This document shows positions 32,401 through 41,139 of a stretch of DNA of 64,000 bases, one piece after another. A program made the position numbers and the translations under genes. The stretch covers positions 5,728,001 through 5,792,000 of the forward strand of contig OZ242374.1 in the NCBI GenBank assembly GCA_965209055.1. Reading direction: 5' to 3'. The notes under the pieces were generated by a model. That model saw nothing but the letters and a program-made list of their open reading frames with translations. It was not told the origin of the DNA and did no database searches. The stretch's first letter is position 1, and each line of letters starts with the position of its first letter. This DNA is from Acidobacteriota bacterium (GTDB lineage Bacteria > Acidobacteriota > UBA6911 > RPQK01 > JAJDTT01).

Positions 32401-32538
32401 GACTTGTCCTGTGGACTGGACGGAAGACCCTCGAACCCCAACTTCGCCCGGACCCGGGGCGAAGACGGCGAGTATCTGACGGGGAACATCCCGGGACCAC
32501 CCTTCCAGATGCAGGTCGGCTTTCGGCTGCTGTTCTGA
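29449..32538 (+). CDS. TonB-dependent receptor (Oar-like, N-terminal carboxypeptidase-regulatory-like domain)
   Basis: GGAGG RBS; signal peptide; DTTGGVLPGATV, LPINGRRF, QFGGSLGGP, FGPRAGFAWD; C-terminal QVGFRLLF. Confidence 0.93.
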   Translation: MIARFIPVVVLLFSFPGLAQNRATTAEITGLLEDTTGGVLPGATVTAVSPDNGLTRAAVSGPMGSYSIMLLPPGRYDIRAELPGFRAVRLDDVTITVGARRTISFTLAPAGVAEDVTVTARTSAVETTTDTSDVTLDRQAIANLPINGRRFHDFVSLTPTAQVEPQRGQISLAGQRGINGNVSIDGADYNQPFFGGIRGGERSQFTFTIPQEAIREFRVVKAGYSPEFGRSTGGLVNAITESGTNATHGLAFYLLRPEQLALQNAFGQDAAPTQHQFGGSLGGPLVRDRAFYFVAYEQQEFKAGREVRFTRLSGFSPTAASREGYDHYRGLETPFDVTNDAKAWLARFDFDLARGNRFNVRYNGSTNRALNSDGVGGVIVPTTHRSLETNGTEENSTQTAVGQFTGAPSSNLLFELRGQYSREDRPRSANALKPLVDLSLGEFGTRSFRPTTQYDWRAQAGGNVTWLAGSHGVKAGFDVNHVFIDQIFGFFQNGGYLVFGSDVETTLDIIGVGGAIPNRFDSRSLIYVQQIGNLKTSFATDEVGLFVQDEWRVAPTLTVNYGLRWDAQLNPAPDADNRILLDQLGGVRFPIDRTVDPSTIPSSRQQFGPRAGFAWDPTGGAKTVVRGFTGIYYARTPLLLLSGPVNNFRVPPGDVTVALPFRVPPGNPNDTLYEQMNLIGIDLNERTLDNLPTLTPDQMSAIATALGIENNPFAGARLTLMDRDFRNPMARQLGAGVEHEISPGWSLGADLLVVDTIHLQRNRDLNVPLPAVRRDDPAQRPFFGLRSGTARPVPGLDSVTVRESTASALYRALTVRSEIRRSWGQFSAYYVLSKNESNDDNERSASGVSYENGYDLASEYGPSRLDRRHQVHVTGVVMLPGDVDISTGMYIFSGAPFDARMGTDSNEDRGGADRPYSAPGVPFTRNAFRDVPVADINLRVQKRFSTGAERQAVVSLEFFNLFNRDNVTLRQGFSTVANYCASSRDLSCGLDGRPSNPNFARTRGEDGEYLTGNIPGPPFQMQVGFRLLF

Positions 32539-32795
32539 TCAGGCTTTCAATTTGGCTCTTCGGAAACGTTTGGGCAGGAGGGACGCCGGAGCGGCCGGGG
32601 CCCTCGCCGTCTCGGAAAAGGTCGCCGGGAGAGTGTGATGGACGCGATCAGCAACGACGGAAGTCTCACGGTCGTCAACGGCAACTGGGGTGGAGTGAGT
32701 CTGGCCTCCATACTGGCCGTCCTCGAAAGGGACTTCTGATTCTGCAGAACGGCTGAGTCTCTCTCAGCTCGGACGCAGGAATCGGCAATACCGGG

Positions 32796-34268
32796 TCAAC
32801 CGCTGCCGAACCAGCGGGAACTGACCACCTTCTGCTCGGTGTAGAAGTTCACGCCGTCCCGGCCGTGGGCATGCAGGTCGCCGAAAAAGGAACCTCTCCA
32901 CCCGGAGAAGGAGAAAAAGGCGAGAGGCACCGGAACTCCGACGTTGATTCCCACCATCCCCACCTGAACCCGGTTCTGGTATTCCCGGGCCGCCCACCCG
33001 CTCTCGGTGAAGATGGCGGTTCCGTTGCCGAACCGGTTGGCGTTGACCACTTCGATCGCCTCATCCAGGTCCTCGGCCTGGATGACGCAGAGAACAGGTC
33101 CGAAGATCTCGTCCTGGTAGATCTTCATCTTCGGTGAGACGCCGTCGAAGATGCTGGGACCCAGAAAATACCCGGACAGGTCGTCGACTCCGCTGTGACA
33201 GCGGCCGTCCAGAGCGAGTCGGGCTCCCTCATCCAGTCCCGTCTCAATGTATTCCAGCACGCGCTCCCGGTGAGGACCGGAGATCAACGGTCCCAGGTCG
33301 CTTCCGCCGTCCGCGGCCGCGCCCAATTGCAAGCTTTCCGCGCGGGACCTGACCTTCTCCATCAGAGGTTCGTGAACCTCTCCCACCGTCACCACGGCGC
33401 TGATGGCCATGCACCGCTCTCCCGCAGATCCGAATGCGGAACCGATGATGGCGTCGGCCGTCTTGTCCAGATTGCAGTCCGGCATGGCCACCAGGTGATT
33501 CTTGGCGCCGGCCAACGCCTGGACGCGCTTGCCGGCCATGCTGGCCGCCTCATAGACATAGCGGGCCACGGGGGCCGAGCCGACGAAGGAAACGGCACGG
33601 ACGGACACGTTTTCCACCAACGCCTCCACCGCTTCCCGGTCCCCCTGGACGACGTTGAAGACGCCGGGCGGCAGTCCGGCCTCCGCGAACAGCTCCGCCA
33701 GGCGCAACGCGGTGCCCGGCACCTTCTCGGACGGCTTCAGAACGAACGCGTTGCCGCAGGCGATGGCGACGGGATACAGCCACATGGGCACCATGGCGGG
33801 AAAGTTGAAAGGCGTGATCCCGGCGCACACACCCAGCGGCTGCCGGAAACTGGCGCAATCCAGACCTCGGGAGACATTCTCCACCGTCGAGCCCTGGATC
33901 AGGGTGGACATGCCGCAGGCGAACTCCACCACCTCGATACCTCGCCGAACCGACCCTTGCGCTTCCTCCGGGATCTTGCCGTTCTCCCGCGAGACCCATT
34001 CGGCCAGCTCCTCAAGGTTTTCTTCCAGGAGCTGCTTGTAACGGAACAGGATCCGGCAGCGCTCCACCACGGGTGTGTCGCGCCAGCCGGGGAACGCCGC
34101 CGCGGACGAAGCGACCACCTCGTCGACTTCGGCCCTGGAGGCGAAGGGGACATGGGCCAGAAGTTCTCCGGTCCCCGGGTTTCGCAATTCTCCGCACCGG
34201 GATGAGTTCGAGGGTGCCCGAACCCCGTCTACGAACGAATCGACTCGAGGAACATTACGCTGCATCAT
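32796..34268 (-). CDS. mmsA: CoA-acylating methylmalonate/malonate-semialdehyde dehydrogenase
   Basis: ITPFNFPAMVP, LKPSEK, GAKNH, GSAGERCMA, EIFGPV, FFGDLH. Confidence 0.92.
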   Translation of the reverse strand: MMQRNVPRVDSFVDGVRAPSNSSRCGELRNPGTGELLAHVPFASRAEVDEVVASSAAAFPGWRDTPVVERCRILFRYKQLLEENLEELAEWVSRENGKIPEEAQGSVRRGIEVVEFACGMSTLIQGSTVENVSRGLDCASFRQPLGVCAGITPFNFPAMVPMWLYPVAIACGNAFVLKPSEKVPGTALRLAELFAEAGLPPGVFNVVQGDREAVEALVENVSVRAVSFVGSAPVARYVYEAASMAGKRVQALAGAKNHLVAMPDCNLDKTADAIIGSAFGSAGERCMAISAVVTVGEVHEPLMEKVRSRAESLQLGAAADGGSDLGPLISGPHRERVLEYIETGLDEGARLALDGRCHSGVDDLSGYFLGPSIFDGVSPKMKIYQDEIFGPVLCVIQAEDLDEAIEVVNANRFGNGTAIFTESGWAAREYQNRVQVGMVGINVGVPVPLAFFSFSGWRGSFFGDLHAHGRDGVNFYTEQKVVSSRWFGSG

Positions 34269-34312
34269 TCACACCCTTATCCGAGGACGTCTGGAGACGG
34301 TCCGAACGAAAC

Positions 34313-34341
34313 TTGAAAACGATTGCAGGATTTCCGAGAAT
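34313..34341 (+). promoter_or_regulatory. Putative sigma70 promoter of the fur-like gene (near-leaderless)
   Basis: TTGAAA-N17-GAGAAT, 11 nt before ATG 34353; no Shine-Dalgarno. Confidence 0.4.
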
Positions 34342-34352
34342 GAATCCCGCTC

Positions 34353-35303
34353 ATGAGCGCTGCCAGAGAAATCTCGGAAGAACTGGAGATCTTCTCCAAA
34401 TACCTGAAAGAACGGGGTCTACGCATGACCCACCAACGCCGGAAAGTGGTGCAGAGCTTCCTCCGGACCAGCGGCCACGTGAGCATAGATGAGCTACATC
34501 AACTGGTCAAGCAGAGCGATCAGCGGATCGGGGCGGCGACTGTCTTCCGCACGCTCAAGGCCCTGACCGCCTGCGGGCTGGCCCGGGAAGTCGACCTGCA
34601 CGACGGGCGGACGCGCTTCGAGCCTCAGTACAAGAGGCCCCACCACCACCATATGGTGTGCGTCAAATGTCAAGGCACCATCGAGTTCCTGAGTCCCGAA
34701 CTGGAGCAGGTCCAGTCCCGCATCGTCTCCAACTACGGGTTCAATCCGGTCCAGCATCAGCTACAGATCTTCGGAGTTTGTGAAGAGTGCCAGAACAAGG
34801 TCGAGACCCACCTGGATCCGGTGAGATCCGATCTGGTCTTTGCCCGGGACGCTTTGAGGATCGCCATAGCGACCGAAAAACGGGGCGTCAACTTCTACAG
34901 CACCGCCTCCGAGCTGGTGAGCCACGCCTCGACCAAGTCCACGTTTCTCAGAATGCTGGAGGATGAGGAGAGTCATCTGAAGCAGCTTCAGGTGCAATGG
35001 GATCGTCTGGTTGCCGATGACGAAAGGGTGCTGAATGCGCCGGTCTTCCTGGATTTCGACTTCGATACCTTGAAACGGATCTTTCCCGGAAAGGACCAGA
35101 TCAAGGCTCAGCTTCGGGACAACCTGACTGCGGCCGAGGCGTTGAAGATCGCCATGAAGATGGAGAAGGACGCCTACGACTTCTTCCACGACTATGCCGA
35201 CAAGTTCGAGGACACCCAGGGCAAGGAGATCTTCCTGAAGTTCGCCGAAGAGGAGTGGGAGCACTTCACCGAGATCCGCAGGGAATACGAAGCCCTGTCC
35301 TGA
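34353..35303 (+). CDS. Fur-family regulator fused to a rubrerythrin/ferritin-like di-iron domain
   Basis: N-terminus: LRMTHQR, ATVFRTL, HHHHMVCVKC, GVCEEC. C-terminus: AIATEKRGVNFY...EDEESH and AMKMEKDAYDFF...EEEWEH. Confidence 0.88.
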   Translation: MSAAREISEELEIFSKYLKERGLRMTHQRRKVVQSFLRTSGHVSIDELHQLVKQSDQRIGAATVFRTLKALTACGLAREVDLHDGRTRFEPQYKRPHHHHMVCVKCQGTIEFLSPELEQVQSRIVSNYGFNPVQHQLQIFGVCEECQNKVETHLDPVRSDLVFARDALRIAIATEKRGVNFYSTASELVSHASTKSTFLRMLEDEESHLKQLQVQWDRLVADDERVLNAPVFLDFDFDTLKRIFPGKDQIKAQLRDNLTAAEALKIAMKMEKDAYDFFHDYADKFEDTQGKEIFLKFAEEEWEHFTEIRREYEALS

Positions 35304-35362
35304 CAAACCCCGGCAGAAGCCGTCACGGCATTCGGCGATCAACCTGAAACGGGTGCTGGCAA

Positions 35363-35935
35363 ATGCAACTCCGGCTGGAGGGTAGTGTCCTGGAACTGGT
35401 CCAGGGGGACATCACCCTCCAGCAGGTGGACGCCATCGTCAACGCCGCCAACCGGCGGCTGGCGGGTGGAGGAGGGGTGGACGGCGCCATTCACCGGCGC
35501 GGCGGGCCCGCCATCATGGAGGAGACCCGCCGCCGGTATCCCGAGGGCTGCCCCACGGGTCAGGCCGTCATCACCGGAGCGGGAGACCTCCCGAGCCGCT
35601 TCGTCATCCACGCCGTGGGACCGGTCTGGAAGGGCGGAAGCCAGGGCGAACCCGCCCTGCTGGCCTCCGCCTACCGCTGCTGCCTGGATGCGGCGGTGAC
35701 CCGCGAGTGCCGCGGCATCGCCTTCCCTTCCCTATCGACCGGAGCGTACCGCTATCCGGTGATCAAGGCCGCCCGGACCGCCGTTTCCGCCGTCATCGAG
35801 TTTCTGGAGGAACGCAGGGCCCCGGAACTGGTCCGATTCGTCCTCTTCGACGAGGCCACGTGGCGCGCATACGCCGCCGCCCTGACCAGCGTCACCGGAT
35901 CTGGAAAGAATAGAGATCCGCGTTCTTCAGGATGA
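35363..35935 (+). CDS. Macro-domain O-acetyl-ADP-ribose deacetylase (YmdB-like)
   Basis: GDIT, IVNAAN..L.GGGGVDGAIH, VIHAVGP, FPSLSTGAY. Confidence 0.93.
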   Translation: MQLRLEGSVLELVQGDITLQQVDAIVNAANRRLAGGGGVDGAIHRRGGPAIMEETRRRYPEGCPTGQAVITGAGDLPSRFVIHAVGPVWKGGSQGEPALLASAYRCCLDAAVTRECRGIAFPSLSTGAYRYPVIKAARTAVSAVIEFLEERRAPELVRFVLFDEATWRAYAAALTSVTGSGKNRDPRSSG

Positions 35936-37394
35936 AACGGAGCCGCACCGGATGGTCCAGCTCATCCAGACTGCGTCCGCCGTCCCACTGGACCTTCTGG
36001 CCCACTCCGTTTCCCTCGATGGGCCGGCAGGCCTCCCGCTCGAAACCGGCGAGCGGCTTGCCGAACTGAGTGAGAGCCTCGACCCTCAGGGATCCTCCAG
36101 CGGCGTCGACGTTCACCCGGAGCTCGCCTCCCTGGAAGCGGAGGGGCCAGGTGGTCAGGAGGCCTTCTTCCTCTCCGGCGCGGACCGAGACGAATCCATC
36201 CGGCCGCAGACGGGCAAGGCCCAGGGCGTCCCCTTCCAGGATGCGGCCCTTGTATTCGGTTCCGACCAGTGCGAAGAGGTTGCGATGGGGCACACTGGAG
36301 CCCCGGTAGTAGATCCGGATCTCCTCGTCCCTCAAGACGGCGCACTCGGGATAGACCCGCTTGCCTTCCCAGGTTCCCGGGGTCCCCTTGAGAAAGATGT
36401 GACGGTCGCCGACCCGCGTCCACTTCTTGCCGTCCCGGCTGAAGGTGAGCTGGGCGTCCAGCGTGAAGTTGAAACCGTCCATGAATTCGGGGTCGCCCGT
36501 GTATTCGTGATAGACGATCAGCATCCCCACGTACCCGCTCTCATAGGGAAAGACGGGCATGTAGTAGAACTCCGTGCCGGCGCCGTCCCGCTCGTCAGGC
36601 ACCACGACCTCCTTGAGATCGGTCCAAAGGGTGAAGTTGAAACTCTCCGCCAGACCGACTACCCGCGTGGGGTAGGCTTCCGGAGTCCGGATCTTGGACC
36701 AGCGCAGGACGTGACCGGCGTTGGGACGGTGATAGTAGACGTAGCGCTCGCGGCGCTGATCCCAGAAGGGGGTCGAAAGCCCGTCGCCGGCGGGCACGAT
36801 CACCGGATACGGGTGCGACTCCCAGCGATGCCCGTCGGAAGACCAGCCGACACCGATGCCGTAGGTGTCGTATTTCATGAAGGCCATCTTGTACGGGCGC
36901 TCCGGGTCGTGATCGTCATAGAAGACCCTGATCTCGGTGATGTCCTCCGGTATGACCAACAGGTTGTTCTTGCGGCTTCCCTCGAATTCCCGGAGGCCCA
37001 GTTCGGGACGCCGGAATCGAATCCCGTCCGCCGAGGTGGCCAAGCAAAGATAGTTCGTGGATTCGGGCCGGACGTTGTACCAGAGTTTGTAAAGACGCTC
37101 CTTTTCGTCGTAAATCACGTTGGAGTAGAGGATCCGGTTGCCCTCCCAGGGCCGTTCCGCCTTGAAGATCGGATTCTCCGGCGCCTTCCGGGCGACGTGG
37201 ACCCAACGGGCCGCGTTCTCGATCCGGTCGATGAGCCAGTCGTCCAGGAAGAGCTGCCGCTCGGGACCCACCTCCCGGACCGGAGCTTGCCGCTTGATGT
37301 CGTCGAACCCCTGCGCCCGGACCGAAATACAGATCGCCAGCCCCAGCAGGCCCAGAACGATCAACTGCCTCCCGAACTTGAACCGCGTCTTCAT
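35892..37394 (-). CDS. Secreted beta-propeller glycosidase-like protein (third paralog)
   Basis: ATG 37394 with AGGAGG RBS; signal peptide; RQLFLDD, ATSADGIRF, LRPDGFVSV, NADLYSFQI. Confidence 0.78.
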   Translation of the reverse strand: MKTRFKFGRQLIVLGLLGLAICISVRAQGFDDIKRQAPVREVGPERQLFLDDWLIDRIENAARWVHVARKAPENPIFKAERPWEGNRILYSNVIYDEKERLYKLWYNVRPESTNYLCLATSADGIRFRRPELGLREFEGSRKNNLLVIPEDITEIRVFYDDHDPERPYKMAFMKYDTYGIGVGWSSDGHRWESHPYPVIVPAGDGLSTPFWDQRRERYVYYHRPNAGHVLRWSKIRTPEAYPTRVVGLAESFNFTLWTDLKEVVVPDERDGAGTEFYYMPVFPYESGYVGMLIVYHEYTGDPEFMDGFNFTLDAQLTFSRDGKKWTRVGDRHIFLKGTPGTWEGKRVYPECAVLRDEEIRIYYRGSSVPHRNLFALVGTEYKGRILEGDALGLARLRPDGFVSVRAGEEEGLLTTWPLRFQGGELRVNVDAAGGSLRVEALTQFGKPLAGFEREACRPIEGNGVGQKVQWDGGRSLDELDHPVRLRFILKNADLYSFQIR

Positions 37395-37553
37395 GGACTT
37401 CCCTCCTGACGTGTCACCCGCTCCCGGTGGCGGCAGTATACCGGTCTGGTGAGAGCTTCGAGAAAACGCCGGTACCGTCTGCGCCGGGTCAGGTCCTCGA
37501 GAAACTTCATCCCGGGCCATCCCGTAGAATGGGTCACAGGGGAGGTGGGAAGA

Positions 37554-37748
37554 GTGTTTTCGGAATGGTATCTCAGTCGACGTTACGCCAAGGGACTTGC
37601 CGAGGGGCGGGCCGAGGGGCGGGCCAGAGAGCGCAAGCGTTGGGAAACCTGGAACCGGGCACGGATGGCCGCCGAGGAACAAGGCAGAGAGTTCACCGAG
37701 CCGCCTCCCGAGCCTTCGGACGATCGTCAGCCCCGAGAGCACGGGTGA
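37554..37748 (+). CDS. Small charged hypothetical protein (64 aa)
   Basis: GGAGG RBS before GTG 37554; MFSEWYLSRRYAKGLAEGRAEGRARERKRWETWNRARMAAEEQGREFTEPPP. Confidence 0.6.
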   Translation: MFSEWYLSRRYAKGLAEGRAEGRARERKRWETWNRARMAAEEQGREFTEPPPEPSDDRQPREHG

Positions 37749-37949
37749 AGGACTCCTCACCAGACCCTGAACCGGGACGCACGCCTGCGGGCCGCCTCTG
37801 GTAGAGGCGGCCCACCTGTGTTTGGCGTCATGACATGCGGCGGGAGGAGTTCCCCCCCATCAGGCCGAATCGTCCCAAGTCATTTAATTGAGGGAAGTGC
37901 CGCATCACCCCCGGCTGTTGCGGACGGACGAGGCTGCTAATCTAAGGCA

Positions 37950-39782
37950 ATGCATGCGAAAGGGTTACTTCTGTCTCTGTCGGGGCCGGAAGAACCGAAC
38001 GGAGGCGCCAACGGGCGCACCGGCGCCGAAGGGGTTCACTGGAACCTGGACGACCTCTATCCCGGCCCCGACGCCCTGGAGAGGGATCTGGAGCGGACGC
38101 AGGACCAAGCGGCCGGTTTCGCCGAGCGGTATCGGGATCGGGTGGGCCGCCTCGACGGCCGTGAGCTGGCTCAGGCCGTCCGCGAGTACGAGGCTTTGCA
38201 GGTCGGTTTGGGACGGGCCGGCTCCTATGCCTACCTGCACTGGTGCACCGATACGCAGGATTCCCGCCGCGGCGCCATCCTGCAGAAGACGCGGGAAGCC
38301 TCGACGCAACTGGTCCGCAAGATCCTCTTCTTCGAACTGGAGTGGCTGCAATTGGACGAGGGGCGGGCGGCCGAGTTGCTTTCCAGCCGGGAGCTGCAAC
38401 CCTTCCGGCACTACCTGGAGGTGGAGCGGCTGCGGGCTCCCCACGTCCTGAGCGAGCCGGAAGAGAAGATCCTGGCGGAAAAGCGGGTGACCGGCAGATC
38501 CGCATGGAATCGCCTCTTCGACCAGATGCACGGTGCCGCCCGCTATACCTGCGGGGATCGCAAGCTGACCCGCGAGGAACTGCTCTCCCGCCTCTATGAC
38601 CCGAACCGGGAGGTGAGGCGGGAATCGGCGTTGGCCTTCAGCCGGGGCCTGGAAGAGCGGGTCAGCGAGATGGCCTTCATCTCCAACACCATGCTGGCCG
38701 ACAAGGCCTCCGACGACCGGCTCAGGAAATTCCCCCACTGGTTGGCCAGCCGGAATCTGGACAACGAGATCAGCGATGACGCCGTCCAGGTCCTGGTGAA
38801 GGCGGTGACCGGACGCTACGACCTGGCGGCCCGCCACTACCGTCTCAAGCAGCGCCTGTTGAACCTGGACACCTCCTGGGACTATGACCGCTACGCCCCC
38901 GTCGGCATGGCCACCGCCCGGTATTCGTGGGCCACCGCCCGTGAAACCGTCCTGGAGGCGTACGGGGCATTCCATCCCTCCATGGAATCCATCGCCGCCC
39001 GTTTCTTCGATGAACGCTGGATTGACGCTCCGCCCAATCCGGGAAAATCGGGGGGCGCCTTCAGTCATCAGACCGTCCCCCCGGTTCACCCCTACGTCAT
39101 GATGAACTACACGGGAAACATTCGCGACGTGCAGGTCCTGGCCCACGAACTGGGGCACGGGGTCCACCAGTACCTCTCCCGAACCCAGGGCTACCTGCAA
39201 TCCCGTCCGCCCCTGACCACTTCGGAGACGGCCTCCGTCTTCGGGGAGATGCTGGTCTTCGATCACCTGCTCCGCAACGAGCCGGAGCCCGGGGTCCGGC
39301 TGTCCATCCTGGTCGGCAACATCGACGACACCATGGCCACCGTCTTCCGGCAGATCGCCCTGCATCGCTTCGAGGAGCGGACGCACAACGCGCGGCGGGA
39401 CGAAGGTGAGCTGTCGGTCGAGCGATTCAATGAACTCTGGATGGAGACTCAGGAAGAGATGTTCCGGGGAAGCGTTCGCCTGGGAGAGCACTACGGCACC
39501 TGGTGGAGCTATATCCCTCATTTCATCCACACCCCCGGGTATGTCTACGCCTATGCTTTCGGCAAGCTGTTGGTCCTGGCCCTGTACGGCCGCTACAAGC
39601 AGGACGCGAACGGATTCGCCGAGGAGTATCTGGGGGTCCTGGAGGCCGGAGGCTCGGACTGGCCGCACGTCATGTTCCAGCCCATGGGCGTGGACCTCAC
39701 CGACCCCGATTTCTGGAATACTGGCCTCTCCATGACCGAGGACATGATCCGGCAGGCGGAAGAACTGAGTGAGTCCAACTGA
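37950..39782 (+). CDS. pepF: Oligoendopeptidase F (M3B peptidase)
   Basis: WNLDDLY, GKSGGAFS, LAHELGHGVH (HExxH), ETASVFGE, WSYIPHF..PGYVYAYAFG. Confidence 0.93.
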   Translation: MHAKGLLLSLSGPEEPNGGANGRTGAEGVHWNLDDLYPGPDALERDLERTQDQAAGFAERYRDRVGRLDGRELAQAVREYEALQVGLGRAGSYAYLHWCTDTQDSRRGAILQKTREASTQLVRKILFFELEWLQLDEGRAAELLSSRELQPFRHYLEVERLRAPHVLSEPEEKILAEKRVTGRSAWNRLFDQMHGAARYTCGDRKLTREELLSRLYDPNREVRRESALAFSRGLEERVSEMAFISNTMLADKASDDRLRKFPHWLASRNLDNEISDDAVQVLVKAVTGRYDLAARHYRLKQRLLNLDTSWDYDRYAPVGMATARYSWATARETVLEAYGAFHPSMESIAARFFDERWIDAPPNPGKSGGAFSHQTVPPVHPYVMMNYTGNIRDVQVLAHELGHGVHQYLSRTQGYLQSRPPLTTSETASVFGEMLVFDHLLRNEPEPGVRLSILVGNIDDTMATVFRQIALHRFEERTHNARRDEGELSVERFNELWMETQEEMFRGSVRLGEHYGTWWSYIPHFIHTPGYVYAYAFGKLLVLALYGRYKQDANGFAEEYLGVLEAGGSDWPHVMFQPMGVDLTDPDFWNTGLSMTEDMIRQAEELSESN

Positions 39783-41046
39783 AATGTCCGAAACCCCGCA
39801 TCTCCGGCGCAAGGGATTACCGTTCCTCCCGGGAATCGGCTTCATTTTCGTGTTGGCGTTCTGTCTCGGCGGGCTGCGGGCCGGCGACTGGCCCCAGTTT
39901 CTGGGACCGACTCGAGACGGCGTCTATGCCGGGAAGGACCTGGCCCGCCAGTGGCCCGCTTCGGGACCACGCGTGCTCTGGAAGCGGGAGGCCGGACAAG
40001 GGTTCGCCAACCCCATCGTGGCGGGCGGCACCCTGATCCTCTTTCACCGGGTGGACGGCCGGGACGTCGTGGATGCCTTGGGAGCGGACGACGGCCGGGA
40101 GTTGTGGACCTTCTCCTACCCGACCGACTACCGGGACGACTTCGGCTTCGACGAGGGGCCCCGGGCCAGTCCGGCGGCGGACGGCGACCGGATCTACACC
40201 TTCGGCGCTCAGGGAATCCTCCAATGCCTGGGCCTGGGTTCGGGCAACCGCATCTGGCAGGTGGACACCCGGGCCCAATTCCGACCGCGCAAGGGCTTCT
40301 TCGGCGCAGCCTGTTCCCCACTGGTCCGGGACGGGGCCGTTTTCGTCCATGTGGGCGCCCAAGGCGCCGGCGTCGTGGCGTTCGACGCCGACACGGGACG
40401 GACCCTCTGGAAGGCCACCGACGACGAGGCGGGCTACTCCTCTCCGGTGCACGCCTCCATCGGGGGCAGGCCGTGGATCGTCTCCTTCACCCGAAACGGC
40501 GTGGTCTCCATCGACCCGGCCAACGGAAGAGTCGGCTTCCGAGTGCGCTGGCGGTCGCGAAGCCGGGCTTCGGTCAACGCGGCCGTTCCCCTCATCGTCG
40601 GCGACCGGATCTTCGTATCGGCCAGCTACAGCACCGGCGCCCTGCTGCTGGATGCCGCCGGAGAGTCGCCCGAAAAGATCTGGACTTCCAACGACGCCCT
40701 CAGCAACCACTATGCCACCAGCGTCTACCGGGACGGCTATCTCTACGGTTTTCACGGCCGCCAGGAATACGGTCCCAGCCTGCGTTGCGTCGAGTGGGAA
40801 ACGGGATGGGTCAAGTGGAATCAGGGCGGATTGCGTGCCGGGACCGTCACCCTGGCCGGCGACCGGCTTTTGGTCCTGACCGAGCGGGGTGAATTGATCC
40901 TGGCCGCGGCCGATCCCGAGGAATTCCGGGTGATCTCGCGCGCCAACGTTCTGGAGGGCACGGTGCGTGCCTATCCGGCCCTGGCCCGGGGCCGCCTCTA
41001 TGCCCGAAACGAGACGGCGCTGGTCTGTGTCGACTTGAGAAAATGA
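39769..41046 (+). CDS. PQQ-like beta-propeller repeat protein, secreted
   Basis: DWPQFLGPTRDG N-terminus; repeated DA.TG..LW units; GYSSP; LVCVDL end. Confidence 0.87.
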   Translation: MSPTEMSETPHLRRKGLPFLPGIGFIFVLAFCLGGLRAGDWPQFLGPTRDGVYAGKDLARQWPASGPRVLWKREAGQGFANPIVAGGTLILFHRVDGRDVVDALGADDGRELWTFSYPTDYRDDFGFDEGPRASPAADGDRIYTFGAQGILQCLGLGSGNRIWQVDTRAQFRPRKGFFGAACSPLVRDGAVFVHVGAQGAGVVAFDADTGRTLWKATDDEAGYSSPVHASIGGRPWIVSFTRNGVVSIDPANGRVGFRVRWRSRSRASVNAAVPLIVGDRIFVSASYSTGALLLDAAGESPEKIWTSNDALSNHYATSVYRDGYLYGFHGRQEYGPSLRCVEWETGWVKWNQGGLRAGTVTLAGDRLLVLTERGELILAAADPEEFRVISRANVLEGTVRAYPALARGRLYARNETALVCVDLRK

Positions 41047-41139
41047 GATGGAACGACGACGCCCGGCTGGAATGCGGGCGGCGGAAAGAGTAGCCTGGAA
41101 TGACCTGCTTTCGACACGACCCAATGGGAGGATAAGACA

